From NCBI GenBank assembly GCA_010015585.1, contig ML975150.1: a stretch of DNA of 64,000 nucleotides; one strand, written 5' to 3'. Below are positions 23,961-36,310 of the stretch, piece after piece. The stretch comes from Eremomyces bilateralis CBS 781.70 (taxonomy: Eukaryota). The notes under the pieces were generated by a model. The model worked only from the letters and a program-made list of their open reading frames with translations, did not search any database and was not told where the DNA came from. The position numbers and the translations under genes are program-made. The number at the start of each line of letters is the position of its first letter. Position 1 is the stretch's first letter.

Positions 23961-25508
23961 TTATCCTGGGTTGATATTCATATTCCCTGGCACAAAGGAA
24001 GTCGGAGCACGCCAGAAATGCCGTGCAACTAGGTCCAACCGTTCCTTGAGTGTCATCAATCCGTTGCTGGGATCCGCCCAGCCCTGTGACTGAGCGAGCG
24101 ACGCCATTCGTGACAGTGTCTCCGTCATCTTCTCCATCTGACTGGAAACAAGGCACCGTACGATGCTGAAGCACTCCTGTTGACTCTCTAGCTCGTATGC
24201 TCCAAGTCTCAAAGGAATGCTACTGGTGGAATCACTGGCGCTGGCGCCGCCGACAGCGGGTGCAATCTCATGGCCTTCGGAGATGCCGAGTTCCATTTTC
24301 GCTAGTTTGATCGAGAGGCCTTCGTAGAAGCGGACGAGGTTTCCAGATACTTGTACCATCATCATAATAGAGGCGGATGTCTGGCTGCAAGTCGGACAAC
24401 TAAGGACTCGGTCCGAGTAGTTCATTGCCTCCCGTAGAAGCGTAAGAGTTGTATCTGCAGGCTGCGTTGAGGACTGTGGGTCGTGATTTCGAACTTCCCT
24501 CAAGAGCTGGTCTGCGTCTTTGATACAGGCGCAGTCGGGTTGATGTTGCGGTGGAGCCAGCGCCACGTCAATAACTTCGGAAGAGACTAAATGTGCTGGC
24601 GTGATGTCTGAGAGAGAAGACATTCCGTAGGGTGTGTTTGAAGCTGGAGTGTCCATGGATAAGTCACCTCCACTCAGAGGTTTTGCGGTGGGAGTTGGAG
24701 TAGATGAGTCCAAACCAAATGACACAGATGAAGGCGTCTCTGGCATCGTACCCTGGTGATTGGGTATTGAGGGTGTAACGGTGCCATCGTTCACTGTCAC
24801 CATTGAATATTCGTGTAAATCAAGGAGTGTAGTGAACTTACCCGCCGGATTGGACAGTGGATATCGTCCTAGCGTAAAGGGGTCGAAAAACATATCCCCA
24901 ACATAGGAACCTGGGAGACTTGTTGTCTGAGGGATTGATGTGAAATTCTGGAACGTCCCCGATGGGAAACTGAAGTCGGACGGTCCGTCGAGATCGGTGA
25001 AGAGTGGCTCTTCGTAGATGGACGATGAATCGGAGTAATTTCCAGAAGGTGTGTTCGGAACATCGTTAGAAATTGGGAATTGGATCTTAGACTCTGACCC
25101 CGAAGACCCAGGTTTCGATTGAGCCGAATCCTTCCTTTGAGAGAGAGCGGATGGCAAAGAAGGGGTTGATACATGGCGAAGGTGCGGTTTGCGGCGATGA
25201 TATCTTGATTCATCTTTCGTCTTCCTCCTCCGTTCTCGTGGCAAAGCATATACACAATCCACGCCTTTGGTTCGACATCGGTGGCACTGAGGTTTCTCTC
25301 CTGTACATCGGAGCTATCAAGACATTAGCGGAGATCGGAACCAAGAAAGAATATCAGCGTTGAAGCGTATACCGACCTTCTTGGACCGGCAACAGTTGCA
25401 TGCTAGATGCAGTGGAGCCGCCACCTGAGGTGATCCCGCTGGATCGTCCGACTGATATATGAACCTAGCAAACTCATTCTGCGAGCCAAGAGAGAAGGTC
25501 CGGAACAT
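23961..25508 (-). CDS. Zn(II)2Cys6 transcription factor with AflR-like architecture; intron 25314-25376
   Basis: Spliced binuclear cluster CNCCRSKK|LRCTGEKPQCHRCRTKGVDC (CX2CX6CX6CX2CX6C), an S/P-rich linker and a C-terminal CAC...CPTC...LRLGAYEL region. Confidence 0.9.
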
Positions 25509-28500
25509 GCTGTATGATGGACAAGAGAACGAGATAGGCGAAGACCAGCAAGACTAAACAAGAAACTGGGGACGCTTAAGATCTCGAATGAGTAGTGCAT
25601 CGTCGCCGACAGTCACAAAGCCTCAGTGCTGGTAAAACAGTGGTGATCGGGGGAACCCATTCAGGGACACTAGAAACGGCGTGGATATGTATGGGCAGTT
25701 TCCCGTAACCCAACACTCCCGTCTTGCAAATGGTACGAAAGGCGTTCAGTCCAGACAGAGAACTTTCGGTATGGCCGCGTGAATCCCAGCGAGGCCTCTT
25801 GTGGTTCAGCACAAGCCCCGCCGGAGTGGGAGCGGCGATACAGATGCACGGCCCGATAGTGTGCGACTTGAGAAACGAGCACATTCACGACCGAGTCTTT
25901 TGAGAACGAGTCCGACGGAATTGAACGACGTGCGAGTGAGTCTTGGGGGGACAGTTGGGTGCCGATCCAAGCGCATCGACGACAAGGACGTACCTACATA
26001 TCCAGCTACCTTCCGTATAGGATTGGGCGTGGGTAGTCGCTTGTGGTAGCCTATGAAATGAGGCACGAGCTGAAGAATGTATCGGCTGTTTGGCTAGATC
26101 ATTAGATAGGTGTTGCTGCAACATAGATATCAAAATAGTAGTTCGGACATGGACTATGCGTCGTCGCATCGAGGGGCATGGTGAAGAGAGCCCCACACTC
26201 CACTCATCCTGTCTTACCTATTACTGCATCTGTATTTGTTACATGATGTACGAGGACTGAGGAGGGCCGGGTCGAAAACCATTGGCTGCAGCCATGGATC
26301 GAAATGCTTTTCACAGCCTCGCAGTTATTCGTGACCACTCACCCGTCGCATGTGGCAGGCATTGCAAAGCGCAGATAAAGGCTAGTGCGATTGCCCAGAA
26401 ATGGCATCTGTTCACCTTTCTCAGACAGTCCCTGCTAGTATCAAGCGGACTCTAGACAAGGTGAATTGTGCAATGCCTTTAAGATCCTAACGCAGGTCAG
26501 GGCCGCGGAGGGGAACAGTAGGGCAGGGCTTCTTACTATCCACCATCCAACATGTGAGATATGTTGGAAGCCTAGAACTCCATATCAATCTTCTGTCGTT
26601 GCTAGACTCCTGAGAAGTGAGATTTTATCGAACGGGAGGAAAATGGGCGCCGCCACTGCCGCAGCCCGCAGTCCCGCCGCGGACAGGTCTCCGCTGTCCG
26701 CATGAAGGTTCCCAATTCTCTCTTGTCGGGAACCCTGTTCTGGACATGGGACCTGGACGTCGAAAATGTCGATATCACTCAATGATGTTGGGATTGGACT
26801 GTCCTCGAGTTCCTATTTGATGGGCGATCTTCATATCCAGGCGACCGCCGCGACGGGGTGGGTAGCGAAGGCAAAGCCATTCTGATTCTGTTAGCCAAGG
26901 AACGGTTATCCGGGATGAGACAGCACATGGGATGATGCGATCCTCCCGTCTCCTCCTGCCGATGTGGGGAACGACATGGAAAGTTGTTGGAAAACACAAA
27001 TGACCCTGTCTTGATAAATTGCGGCTGTTCCAGGTTGGAGGCTTCGCGTCCTTTTCTGTCCTATTTGCTCCGCGGTAGCGAAAAAGAATGGAATGGAACG
27101 GAGGCTCAAAATTGTGGAGGATCTGAAGGATCACTTCTGATACAGATGTGCAGTATCCTTCGACGCAGACGAATCCGTCGAATGGTTCTCTAGTTCCCGG
27201 CAGGATCTTGATCTAACGTAACGGGTGGGATTAATACACCAGTGCCGGTGTGTTCTTGGAATCGAGCATTGCGTAGTAATATCCGAAAGCCATTAGTTAA
27301 TACTGACGAGGCGACTTTGGTGCTAGGTTGTGACCTGCAACTTGCAAGATTCCAACGCATACATCATCTTCTGCGTCATTTCAATCTCGTTGGGAATTCT
27401 TCCCTCGGGAAATTCACGCATCGATACCCCCAAACTAAATGGCTCGTTATCCTTCACAATCGAGAATGAATATGGCTCTCAACAAAGTCGCAACAAAACC
27501 GCAACGCTCAACTCTCAAGTCCTCTGAATAATATTACCCCCGAGGAAGTGCCGCTCCAAGCGGCGGAGAGCAAACGTGCGCAGAACTTGGCGTCTTCCTC
27601 CAACAGTTGACGATGTCGACAACAAAGACAGCGCGAGATGCACTGGCTAACAGGCTAAGTGGCTATTATTATTCCCGACCTTGCCGTACTATGTACATGG
27701 GCGGGTTGGTGTTGGGACCACCAGCAACGGTTGGTGCTTGGCTCCATGATGATTCGGGATCCTACATGGATGCTGGATGGTTTCGTAGCCGTCGCTGAAT
27801 ACCCAGTCGACAAGGGCGATCAAGTACTGCCTTGTGTCTAGAGTCCAGGCTCCAAACATCTACCCAACCCAGTCAGATGTATCTTTGCTGCACGATGACG
27901 GCGAATATGCCCCTGGGAGCTGGGGAAAGATACCACCATGAACATCGCCATGTTGTCAAACCTAGGTCATCGTCCGGTTTTCTTGGGCATCCAGGGAGAC
28001 CTGGTTAATGGCACCAGTAGAACAAGCTTGAATAGGCTTTTATAATAGGGCAGTACCGAATATCTTGTCGTTAATCCCTTAATTTGCTGCCGCCATGCCA
28101 TCGTGTACATCCATCGCGGAGATCGTCCAATTGATGGTCTGTGGCGGGGATTTATATGCGATTGTATTCCGTATCCATATTGCCTACCAGATCTGTTCCG
28201 CCCAATGCGAGTCATTGAAGGATATTGGCAACGTAGGTCATTCTGAATGAATGTTTGACCGTTTTGAATCTGTGCCGCCGAATCGATTGTTCCACGTTAT
28301 TTCTTGAGCAGGTTTCGCGACGCATTTCAAGTCTCAATGTTCCATCCGCCGCTCCCCTGTCTTGGCGAAGGATTCCTTATCCACGACGTGTGCATGGGAC
28401 CCCTTGATCAAATGCCTAGTAAACCCTGGGAATTGGCATCGACCGGAAACCCGGAAAGGAATGGACACTGGGTGGCTAGACCCAGGACTGACTGGGAGGG

Positions 28501-29335
28501 TATTACTCCGTATCGCTGTCAGAATCGACCTGAACTGCGACAGAACGGCTCGATTGGCTTCAGGCTCATTCCCTTTCTTGGCTTGTTGTAGAGTTTCCGT
28601 AAGTTTGAGGGTCCTAAGGCCATCGGACCTTGGCAGTTGGATAGTAGCGTAAATAGTAATACAACCAATTCTCAGCCAGTAGCAAGGGTTGTTGTTGAAT
28701 CAGCAGCATTGTTGATTGATATCCTTCTGACCCGCAACCAGGGTTGCCAGTCCCTCCTGAATGATTGGATCGGGCTTGACAATTGAGTACGCGAGTCGAT
28801 GTTGGTTAGTGAAGAGGATGATGCCGTACGGGATGTGCTCTCTACTGTTAACCCTCAAGATGTCCCAAAATAACGTCGTATTGGAGTCCAGACTCCAGAA
28901 ACCAGTCACTACGCTCACTACTCAGCATCAGTGTATGGCTTTGATATATGAGAGTAAGCGGAGGGTTTAACTGTAAATCTGGCGGAGTACGGTCCAGTGT
29001 AGCTGAGAGATCCACTGGAACGATGAGGTACCGCATACTCGCAGGAGTCTTCACTGTAGATCCTTCCCGCTACAGGAATGACGTCTAAAAGGGTAAAGCA
29101 ATTGTAGTGCGGCACAGGCCACAGAGAATCCGACCCCGCAACAGCAGAGATAACCTAATGTGATGGTTGAGCGTGGAACATCGCAGGAAAACGGCCAGAC
29201 AGAAGAAGCAATATGAGCACGTGAAGGATCTACAATTGAACGACTCCTAATGTGCAGAGCCGTCAGCCGAGGATATGATGACGTAGTTAATTGAAATGTA
29301 GGATCATAGCAAAGGTAGATGCTTAGATAAATGAT

Positions 29336-30794
29336 TTATTGCAGACTCAGAGCTTCCTCGACAAGCTTCTCGGCGTCCCAGTCGTATAATTCGTTGTTAT
29401 AGTTGCCCAGTAACAATTTACCTGGCAGACACGAACGTTAGATATCCGATACACACAGAACAGAGGGGGTTGTCCACCTACCAACAGATGGGAACTTGCC
29501 TATGAGTCCGAGGAAAAAACACATCATAAACTCTGCCACCAGGGTGAGTTCTCGCTTGCCACTTGCAGACTGGGCGGCGAATGCTGCGATCTTCTGGACT
29601 CGTGGATTGCGAATTTGGTACAGCGTCTTTGCGGTCCGGTCAATTGCTTCTTCTTCAGTCATGCTGCCGGATGCAGCTTTCTGCAGAAATCCTCTGAGAA
29701 GGAGCGCCAGCGTCAATGAGTCTTCCAAGGCTTGGCTAACGCCCTGACCAGAAGTCGATTGTAAAGCATGTGCAGCATCGCCAATCAATATAAAGCCATT
29801 TCCGCCCCAGGTAGGCAGCTCTGGGAGAGTCCATGTTGGGTACACACTGTCAACCTGAACCTTGTTGATGATATCGTGAATTACCGGATCCTTCCAGTCT
29901 TGATGCCGTTTCCTCAGCTCCTCGAGGATTCGATCACGGTCGATAACTTTCTTGTCAGGCAAGGAGTCGTCCTGATAGGTGCTCCACCACATCATTTGGT
30001 TTTGATTAGCTGGACGGTGCGAACCATAGCCAAAAAAGCCATTGCGCCCAAATGTAAAACACAGAGTTTTGTCACGGAGGACATGGTCTGGCAGTGGCAT
30101 CTCGACGAAGCCGCCAACACCGAGAAGGCCCCTGAATTTGATCTATGTCAGAGTGACTTGCCATGTAGCGAAGGTATTAAACTCACTCCGAGACAGCATC
30201 ATATTGGCCTTTGTCTTCGATGCCTTCGAGAGCAGCGTCCTTGACCTTGCTCCAGACTCCATCGGCTCCAATGATGAGATCTGCCTGCTCATCCTCCCCT
30301 TTGTCGGCAAACTTGATGCATGGTTTTCCAGCTTCATTCCGATACGCTCCAGAGACCTTTCGAAACGAGATATTATCCTCTCCAACGGCATCCTTGAGGC
30401 ATTCCCAAACAGTATGTCTCGCAATGCTCACGCAATGCTCCGGTAGCTCTTTTCGATCAGTAGCCGGTGTTGTAGCCAGCACAAACCCTCTGGCACTTCG
30501 GAACGTGAAATTATCACAGACGAATCCTTCATTCTCGAGCCTATCATGGATCTGAGGGTCCAATTTCCGAACTACACGCATGCCATTTGGTCCAACCCCT
30601 AACCCTCCTCCCACAAGGGCTGTAGATGCATTCAGCTCTGCAAGTGACGAGGTTTGAACATTGATGTTACTTCGATGAGATTCAAATATTGAAAGCTGAT
30701 GACTTGAATTATCCGGTGAAAGGCGAAGATGTTTCTTGAGATGTAAATATGCTGCGAGTCCGGCTGGACCAGCGCCAACGATGATGATCTTCAT
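29336..30794 (-). CDS. FAD-dependent monooxygenase (group A, salicylate hydroxylase/zeaxanthin epoxidase-like); 2 introns (about 30133-30187 and about 29422-29481)
   Basis: Motifs IIIVGAGPAGL (GxGxxG), IIGADGVWSKVK (DG) and LIGDAAHALQSTSGQGVSQALED (GD). The last exon reads KLLLGNYNNELYDWDAEKLVEEALSLQ*. Confidence 0.92.
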
Positions 30795-31526
30795 GATGAT
30801 TTCGCGAGATGCTCAGAACATAAGATAACCCGACCAATTCCTATAGAGTAGTGTAAGCATATCGTACCAAATGGCTTCTAAATAGACTTTACGTGTGGAC
30901 AATGCGACGACGACAATACCCGCGACGCGTGGCAACGTGCCGACAAGAACGGTGATACCTGACGCTTTGCGTAGGCACAAACAGGTATTGATAAGTGATG
31001 ACGATGAGAGGATGACGAAACTTTCCTATGAACAAAGAACAGGAAATTGCGACAATTGGAGATGGAAATACCTAGACTCGTCAGCCAGTGTTTGACGATG
31101 GTCAAATTGCTAATGCTGGCCGTCAAATACGAGTACACGTGGGGGGAAATACGAAGGGTGCAGCACGTGAGTAGCCCGAGCATGCGGACTTTGAATGGAG
31201 GAATGAACTGAAGGTCCAGAAAGATATTATTGGCAACCGGAATGTATTGTGATTTTCTCCAATTTGATACCGGTACAATCATTCAGGCATCAGTTCTCAA
31301 GCAAAGACCTAGACCATAAGAACCAATCGGGATAGGCACTGAGCCTGAGCCATGTTTTCCAGGTATAACAAGGCATTCTAAGATCTAAATCCTGAGTCCT
31401 GTTTATTTTACACCTCGGAGAGTACCATTTGGATGCTTTTCGAATGCCTATGCAAAGAGATGTTGGGGAAATGCCTAGGATGCATGCCAGACGTTAAAAC
31501 CTGCAGTCCACTGCAAGACACTGCCC

Positions 31527-34134
31527 CTAGAGCACATTCTCAACATTTCTTGACTCCCGTAATGCCGCAAGCTTCTCAATCGCCTCATCGAGGGGCATCA
31601 CGATCTGTGGCGCCTTGCTATCCTGGTCTCGCACTCGAATGCTAACAGTTCGCTTTTCCATCTCAGCGGCACCGAGGACTAGAAGTGCATATTAGCATTT
31701 GCAAAAAAACCGAAATCGAGCTTCACGTACCCATGATGAAGTTATACTGCAACAACTGCCCATTGCGGATCTTCTTGTTCAGCGTGTTCCCGCTGATATC
31801 CATGTCCGCATGGAATTGATGCTTTCGTAGAAGCGCGTGAACTTCCTCCACATAGCTATGCGCATTGACCATGACGGGGACAATAAGAACCTGTCGCGGG
31901 CTGAGCCAGAACGGCCACTTGCCGCCGAAATGCTCGATCAAGATGCCAATGAATCGCTCGAAGCTACCATAAACGGCGCGGTGGATCATGACAGGCCGGG
32001 CATAGCCAGCGGGCAGCGGCTGTTCCACGAATTCTGATTCTTCTCCCTTGCGGTCACAACTGCTCTTGGCCTCGGGTTCTGCAGCTGTTGGTGCTGATTC
32101 AGGGGCAGTGACGACTTTAGCAGCTGGGGGAAGCTCAGGTTTTCCTGCGTTCTCGGAAACATGGCCGACATCGTCGGTGGCATAACGAAGATTGAAGCGC
32201 GCGGGTAGGACGAAGTCTAGTTGGATAGTGGCGCACTGCGCTGGTTAGTTGATAAGTAGGGGCTGCAGTAGAATCAAAGCATACCTGGAATTGCCGTTTT
32301 AGAGCATCCATGATTGTGATGTCGATTTTGGGACCGTAAAATGCCCCATCGCCAGGATTGAGCTCCCACTTTGCATTCCCAGCCTGGCAATACTCGTCCA
32401 AAGCCTCCTTCAGCTTGTCTTCGGCCTTGTTCCAGGTGTTGATGTCACCGAGATATTTCTCCGGCCTCGTGGAAAGCTTCATGCGGAACGTGAAGCCGAA
32501 CTTGCCATACACAGTTTGTAAAAAGTCGAACATCTCCGCCATTTCGTCTCGCAACTGTGACTCGGCACAGAAGATGTGAGAATCATCCTGCACGAATCGA
32601 CGCACGCGAGTAAGGCCGCCCAGAGCTCCGGACGCTTCGTTGCGATGCAAGATACCGAAATCAGACATTCTGATGGGTAGCTCTCGGTAGCTGCGCTCCC
32701 GGTGTGCGAATATCAGAGTATGACCGGGACAATTCATCGGCTTCAGTGCCCACTTCTCCTTTTCGATGTCAAAGGTGAACATGTCATCCTTGTAGTCTGG
32801 ATTGTATTAGGTTTGGTACTAGAGGACCGGGGGCGAGATACTCACATTGCCAATGGCCCGACCGTTTCCAGAGCTCTGAATTATACATGTTGGGAGAGAC
32901 AACTTCTTGATAGCCCCTCTTCCAATACTCGGACCGGATGAAAGCCTGGAGTGTGTTGTAGATGATAGTGCCATGGGGAAGGAAGAAGCAGGAGCCGGGT
33001 GAAAGCTCGTGGAAGAAGAAGAGCTCTTGTTCTTTCCCAATCTTCCTATGATCTCGCTTGGCGGCTTCTTCGAGGTATTTCATGTGCTCGTCCAGCATCT
33101 TTTTCTCAGGAAATGAGATGCCGTATATACGCTGGAGCGAGTCATTCTTCGCGTCTCCGAGGAAGTACGAAGCGGAATTCTTTAAACAGATAAGCAAAAT
33201 CCCGAATCAAATCATTTCGGCCTTGGCTATGCCTACTCACCTTGAGGACTTGGAAGGCTTTGATTCGGCCCGTATCTGGGACATGAGGACCCCGACACAA
33301 GTCAATCAGCGGTCCGCACCGATAAACCGTGGTGAAGGTGCCGTCGGGAATCTTGTCCTTGATGATGTGCTGCTTGTATTTGTTCGTTTGGAACATTTCC
33401 AGGAGGTCTTCTTTCGAGAGCGTCAGTCGCTCGAACGGTTGCTTGTCCTTGATAATGGACCTCGCAAGGGTGGTCAGTGGCTCTTTGTCTTCCTCCCGGA
33501 CAGGTTGCTGTTCGGGCAAGGCCATCTCGTAGTAGAAACCATCGTCGGTAGGCGGGCCAATGCACAGGTCACAGCCAAACCTTCTCTCCGCTGCTTCTCC
33601 TAGAATGTGCGCCGAAGAGTGCCAGAAGACTTTCTTGCCTTCCTCATCATTGAAATCCAGGAAGGAGAGCTCGCAATCGCTTTCTAGCGGCCGGTTGATG
33701 TCCCACAGCTCGCCATTGACCCGCGATATGACGGTACGTTCGAGAAGAGACTTGCTTATTGAGCGTGCGACTTTCGCAGGCGTGGTTTCCCAGGATTCTC
33801 CGATTTCAATCTTCCCGTCTGGCAGAGTGATGTTGATGGGTTTCCGGGGTTTCTGTGCGATTTCCGCGTCGTGTTTTGCCTTGAGCTTTTCGAAGATGGC
33901 AATTCGGTGGTCGAAGTATGGAGGAGGAGGGCTCAATTCGAGGTGTTTGGAAGCAGAGCCGGTGTCTTTGCCCTTCTTGGCCTTACGGACCGGAAGGGCG
34001 GTTTCGGCCATTGTTGCGAAAGGTCGAAATCGAAGGATTTGAAGGGGATTTTGCGCGCAGATAGATGCAGTGGAGATCTTCCGGATGATGTTGTTGCGGA
34101 GGAATTGAGGAGATGGCAGCAATCCGACAGTCAT
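31527..34134 (-). CDS. THS1: Threonyl-tRNA synthetase (eukaryotic cytosolic type) with two in-frame ATGs (34134 and 34011); 4 introns
   Basis: TGS domain, [61 protein letters not shown] and RPVMIHRA. The final exon ends SRNVENVL*. Confidence 0.97.
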
Positions 34135-35740
34135 CTGAATGGAAACAGTTGCCGTGGACTCACACCGAGGATTTTGTGAATCTGTGGGAGCTGCATATTA
34201 TGTACTGCGCGACAGGAGACTGTTGGATCGAGTGGAGAGTCCAGTCATACATCGTCAATTGATGCCTTACTATGCCTCAGGCCAAAATCACCTTTTGCAT
34301 GTCTGTAACAACATGGAATTCAGAAATGAGGAGTTAGTCATTATTATTAATATCATTTTATGCGTCCGGTCGATAATACGGAATCCTCTCTCTTGGGTCC
34401 GAATACCAATACGGTTGGGTATTGAATTGATATTTGGCCGGAACACTTGGTAGTTAACTTCGCTAGTCAAGTCTCCTCCGTTGATCAAGCAATGATCGGT
34501 TTCACCTCCGTAGTCAGTGACCAACGGGACCACTTTTGAACTCTCCCCTTAACAGTTCTATATCTGCCAGCCATACTCTATAGTGGAGCTTATCCAGCAT
34601 AAAAACAATTAGGTTGAAGTGTACGCATCTAACCTCTGGCAAATCTCAGCTTGGGCTACGTTAGCAGCACTGATGTCTCATAGCACTCTCATCCGCGAAG
34701 ATTAAAAGCGAGACGGTATTCTGTCCGGAAACGGTAAGCAGCGCGCTCAAGATCGCGGCAATAGTGAGAGATATTCAGTGTGGCATCTTCATATGGTGTT
34801 AGAACCCGAAACCAAACCCGAAACCAACGCAGTCCGCTTCACCATAGTGGAATGAATGCAACTGACATGTAACATTGAAGGAGATGCCGAGTAAAGAAAA
34901 TTGTCAGAGAAATGGACTCAGAGACACTTGAATCCCCATATTGAGCAGATGTTCATGCAGGAATTGCCCAAATGCCCAGGTATCACGAATGCTCCCCTTG
35001 AAGAACGAAGTCCCGTGTCCAGGTAATGTTATGACTAAAGGAACTGTTCACGAAACTAGGAATCTGTGCCACCAGTCCGGACAAAAGAACGGCCATTACT
35101 CACTTGACTCGAGGACATATGCCCGTCCATAGCAGAACGGGTTCATGCCATCTAGAGCAAGCTTATCCAAGCAAGTCTAGCTAAGACAAAAGAGAAGACA
35201 AAAAGAGGACTTGGAAACATGAGAAGATTGAGTCTCGACATGACGTCGCGAGGATGTACCGGTTGATGCCACTGGGTGACATCGAGTGGGAGCCTAGGCC
35301 ATAACATAGGATGTGGTGAGAAAAGATATGTATCCGCGCAGTACTCGTTACCTAGGTTCTAGCCCCGAGTCTCCTCAGGGATGGTTCCCAGGGTTTCGGC
35401 AGCACCATTGCAGCAATGATATCCTTCTACATCCGCGGACGGCTGCAGACAGCATGTGCCTGGATATTTGACACCTGCATGCAGACTCCAAACCCTGGAG
35501 CCACCGCAGCATATACAGGTATCGTCCTCACATGCACTCCCTGTTCGGAGGCTTCACCGGTTCATTCAGCCTATCTATCCGTATACATGGACACTATTAG
35601 CTGTCGTCCACGGCCTCTGGGGTGGATTCCGCCTCGGTTTCCAACGGCCACGCCCCGCGAGTAGGAGGTGGCATGCGACACGCGGCACATCGCACGAGGT
35701 ACGAGATTCAGCCCCTCAGTGCGCCCAGCTCATGGTTGGC

Positions 35741-35784
35741 GGGAGGGAAGGAGGGAGGGAGGGAGGGAGGGAGGGAGGGAGGAG
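35741..35784. repeat. (GGGA)n microsatellite, about 11 units
   Basis: gggagggaaggagggagggagggagggagggagggagggaggag read directly. Confidence 0.92.
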
Positions 35785-36310
35785 CGGGCCTTACCGTGTC
35801 TGGATTGGTCCGGTCCGCGAGGTTGCTGCCTAGTCTAAATGATTTGGCAGGGGTTGGAAGAGCCTATGAGAGGGTTGTGTAACCACACGAATGTGAGAAT
35901 TGGCAAAGGCTGCCAGACAAGGTTGGGGGTCGAAGAACATCGGAGATGGTAGCGGTACTTGAACATGCACGCTGTATATGAGATGTCGTTGGGAGTAGGG
36001 CAAGGTCCCATCGGGAGTACCTCGGTAGAGTTAGGGTACTCCCACCATGCAGTAGCGCAGCGCAGCCACTCCTGGTGTGACGTGTCGGATTGGGCTCGAT
36101 TTGGTCTTTAGATGGATGAAGAAGGACACGGGGGAGGCGTTTGAATTTGTGACTCAAGAAAGCCAAATGCTAGTATTGTACACGCGAAATACGCTGTATC
36201 TTCGCTAAATGGATGTCCCACGCTAAACCATGCTCAAAATTCAAACAGACCGCTTGGGCACCTACCCATCCACGACCTGCAAAACAATCGCGAGATGAAT
36301 CCAATCATCT

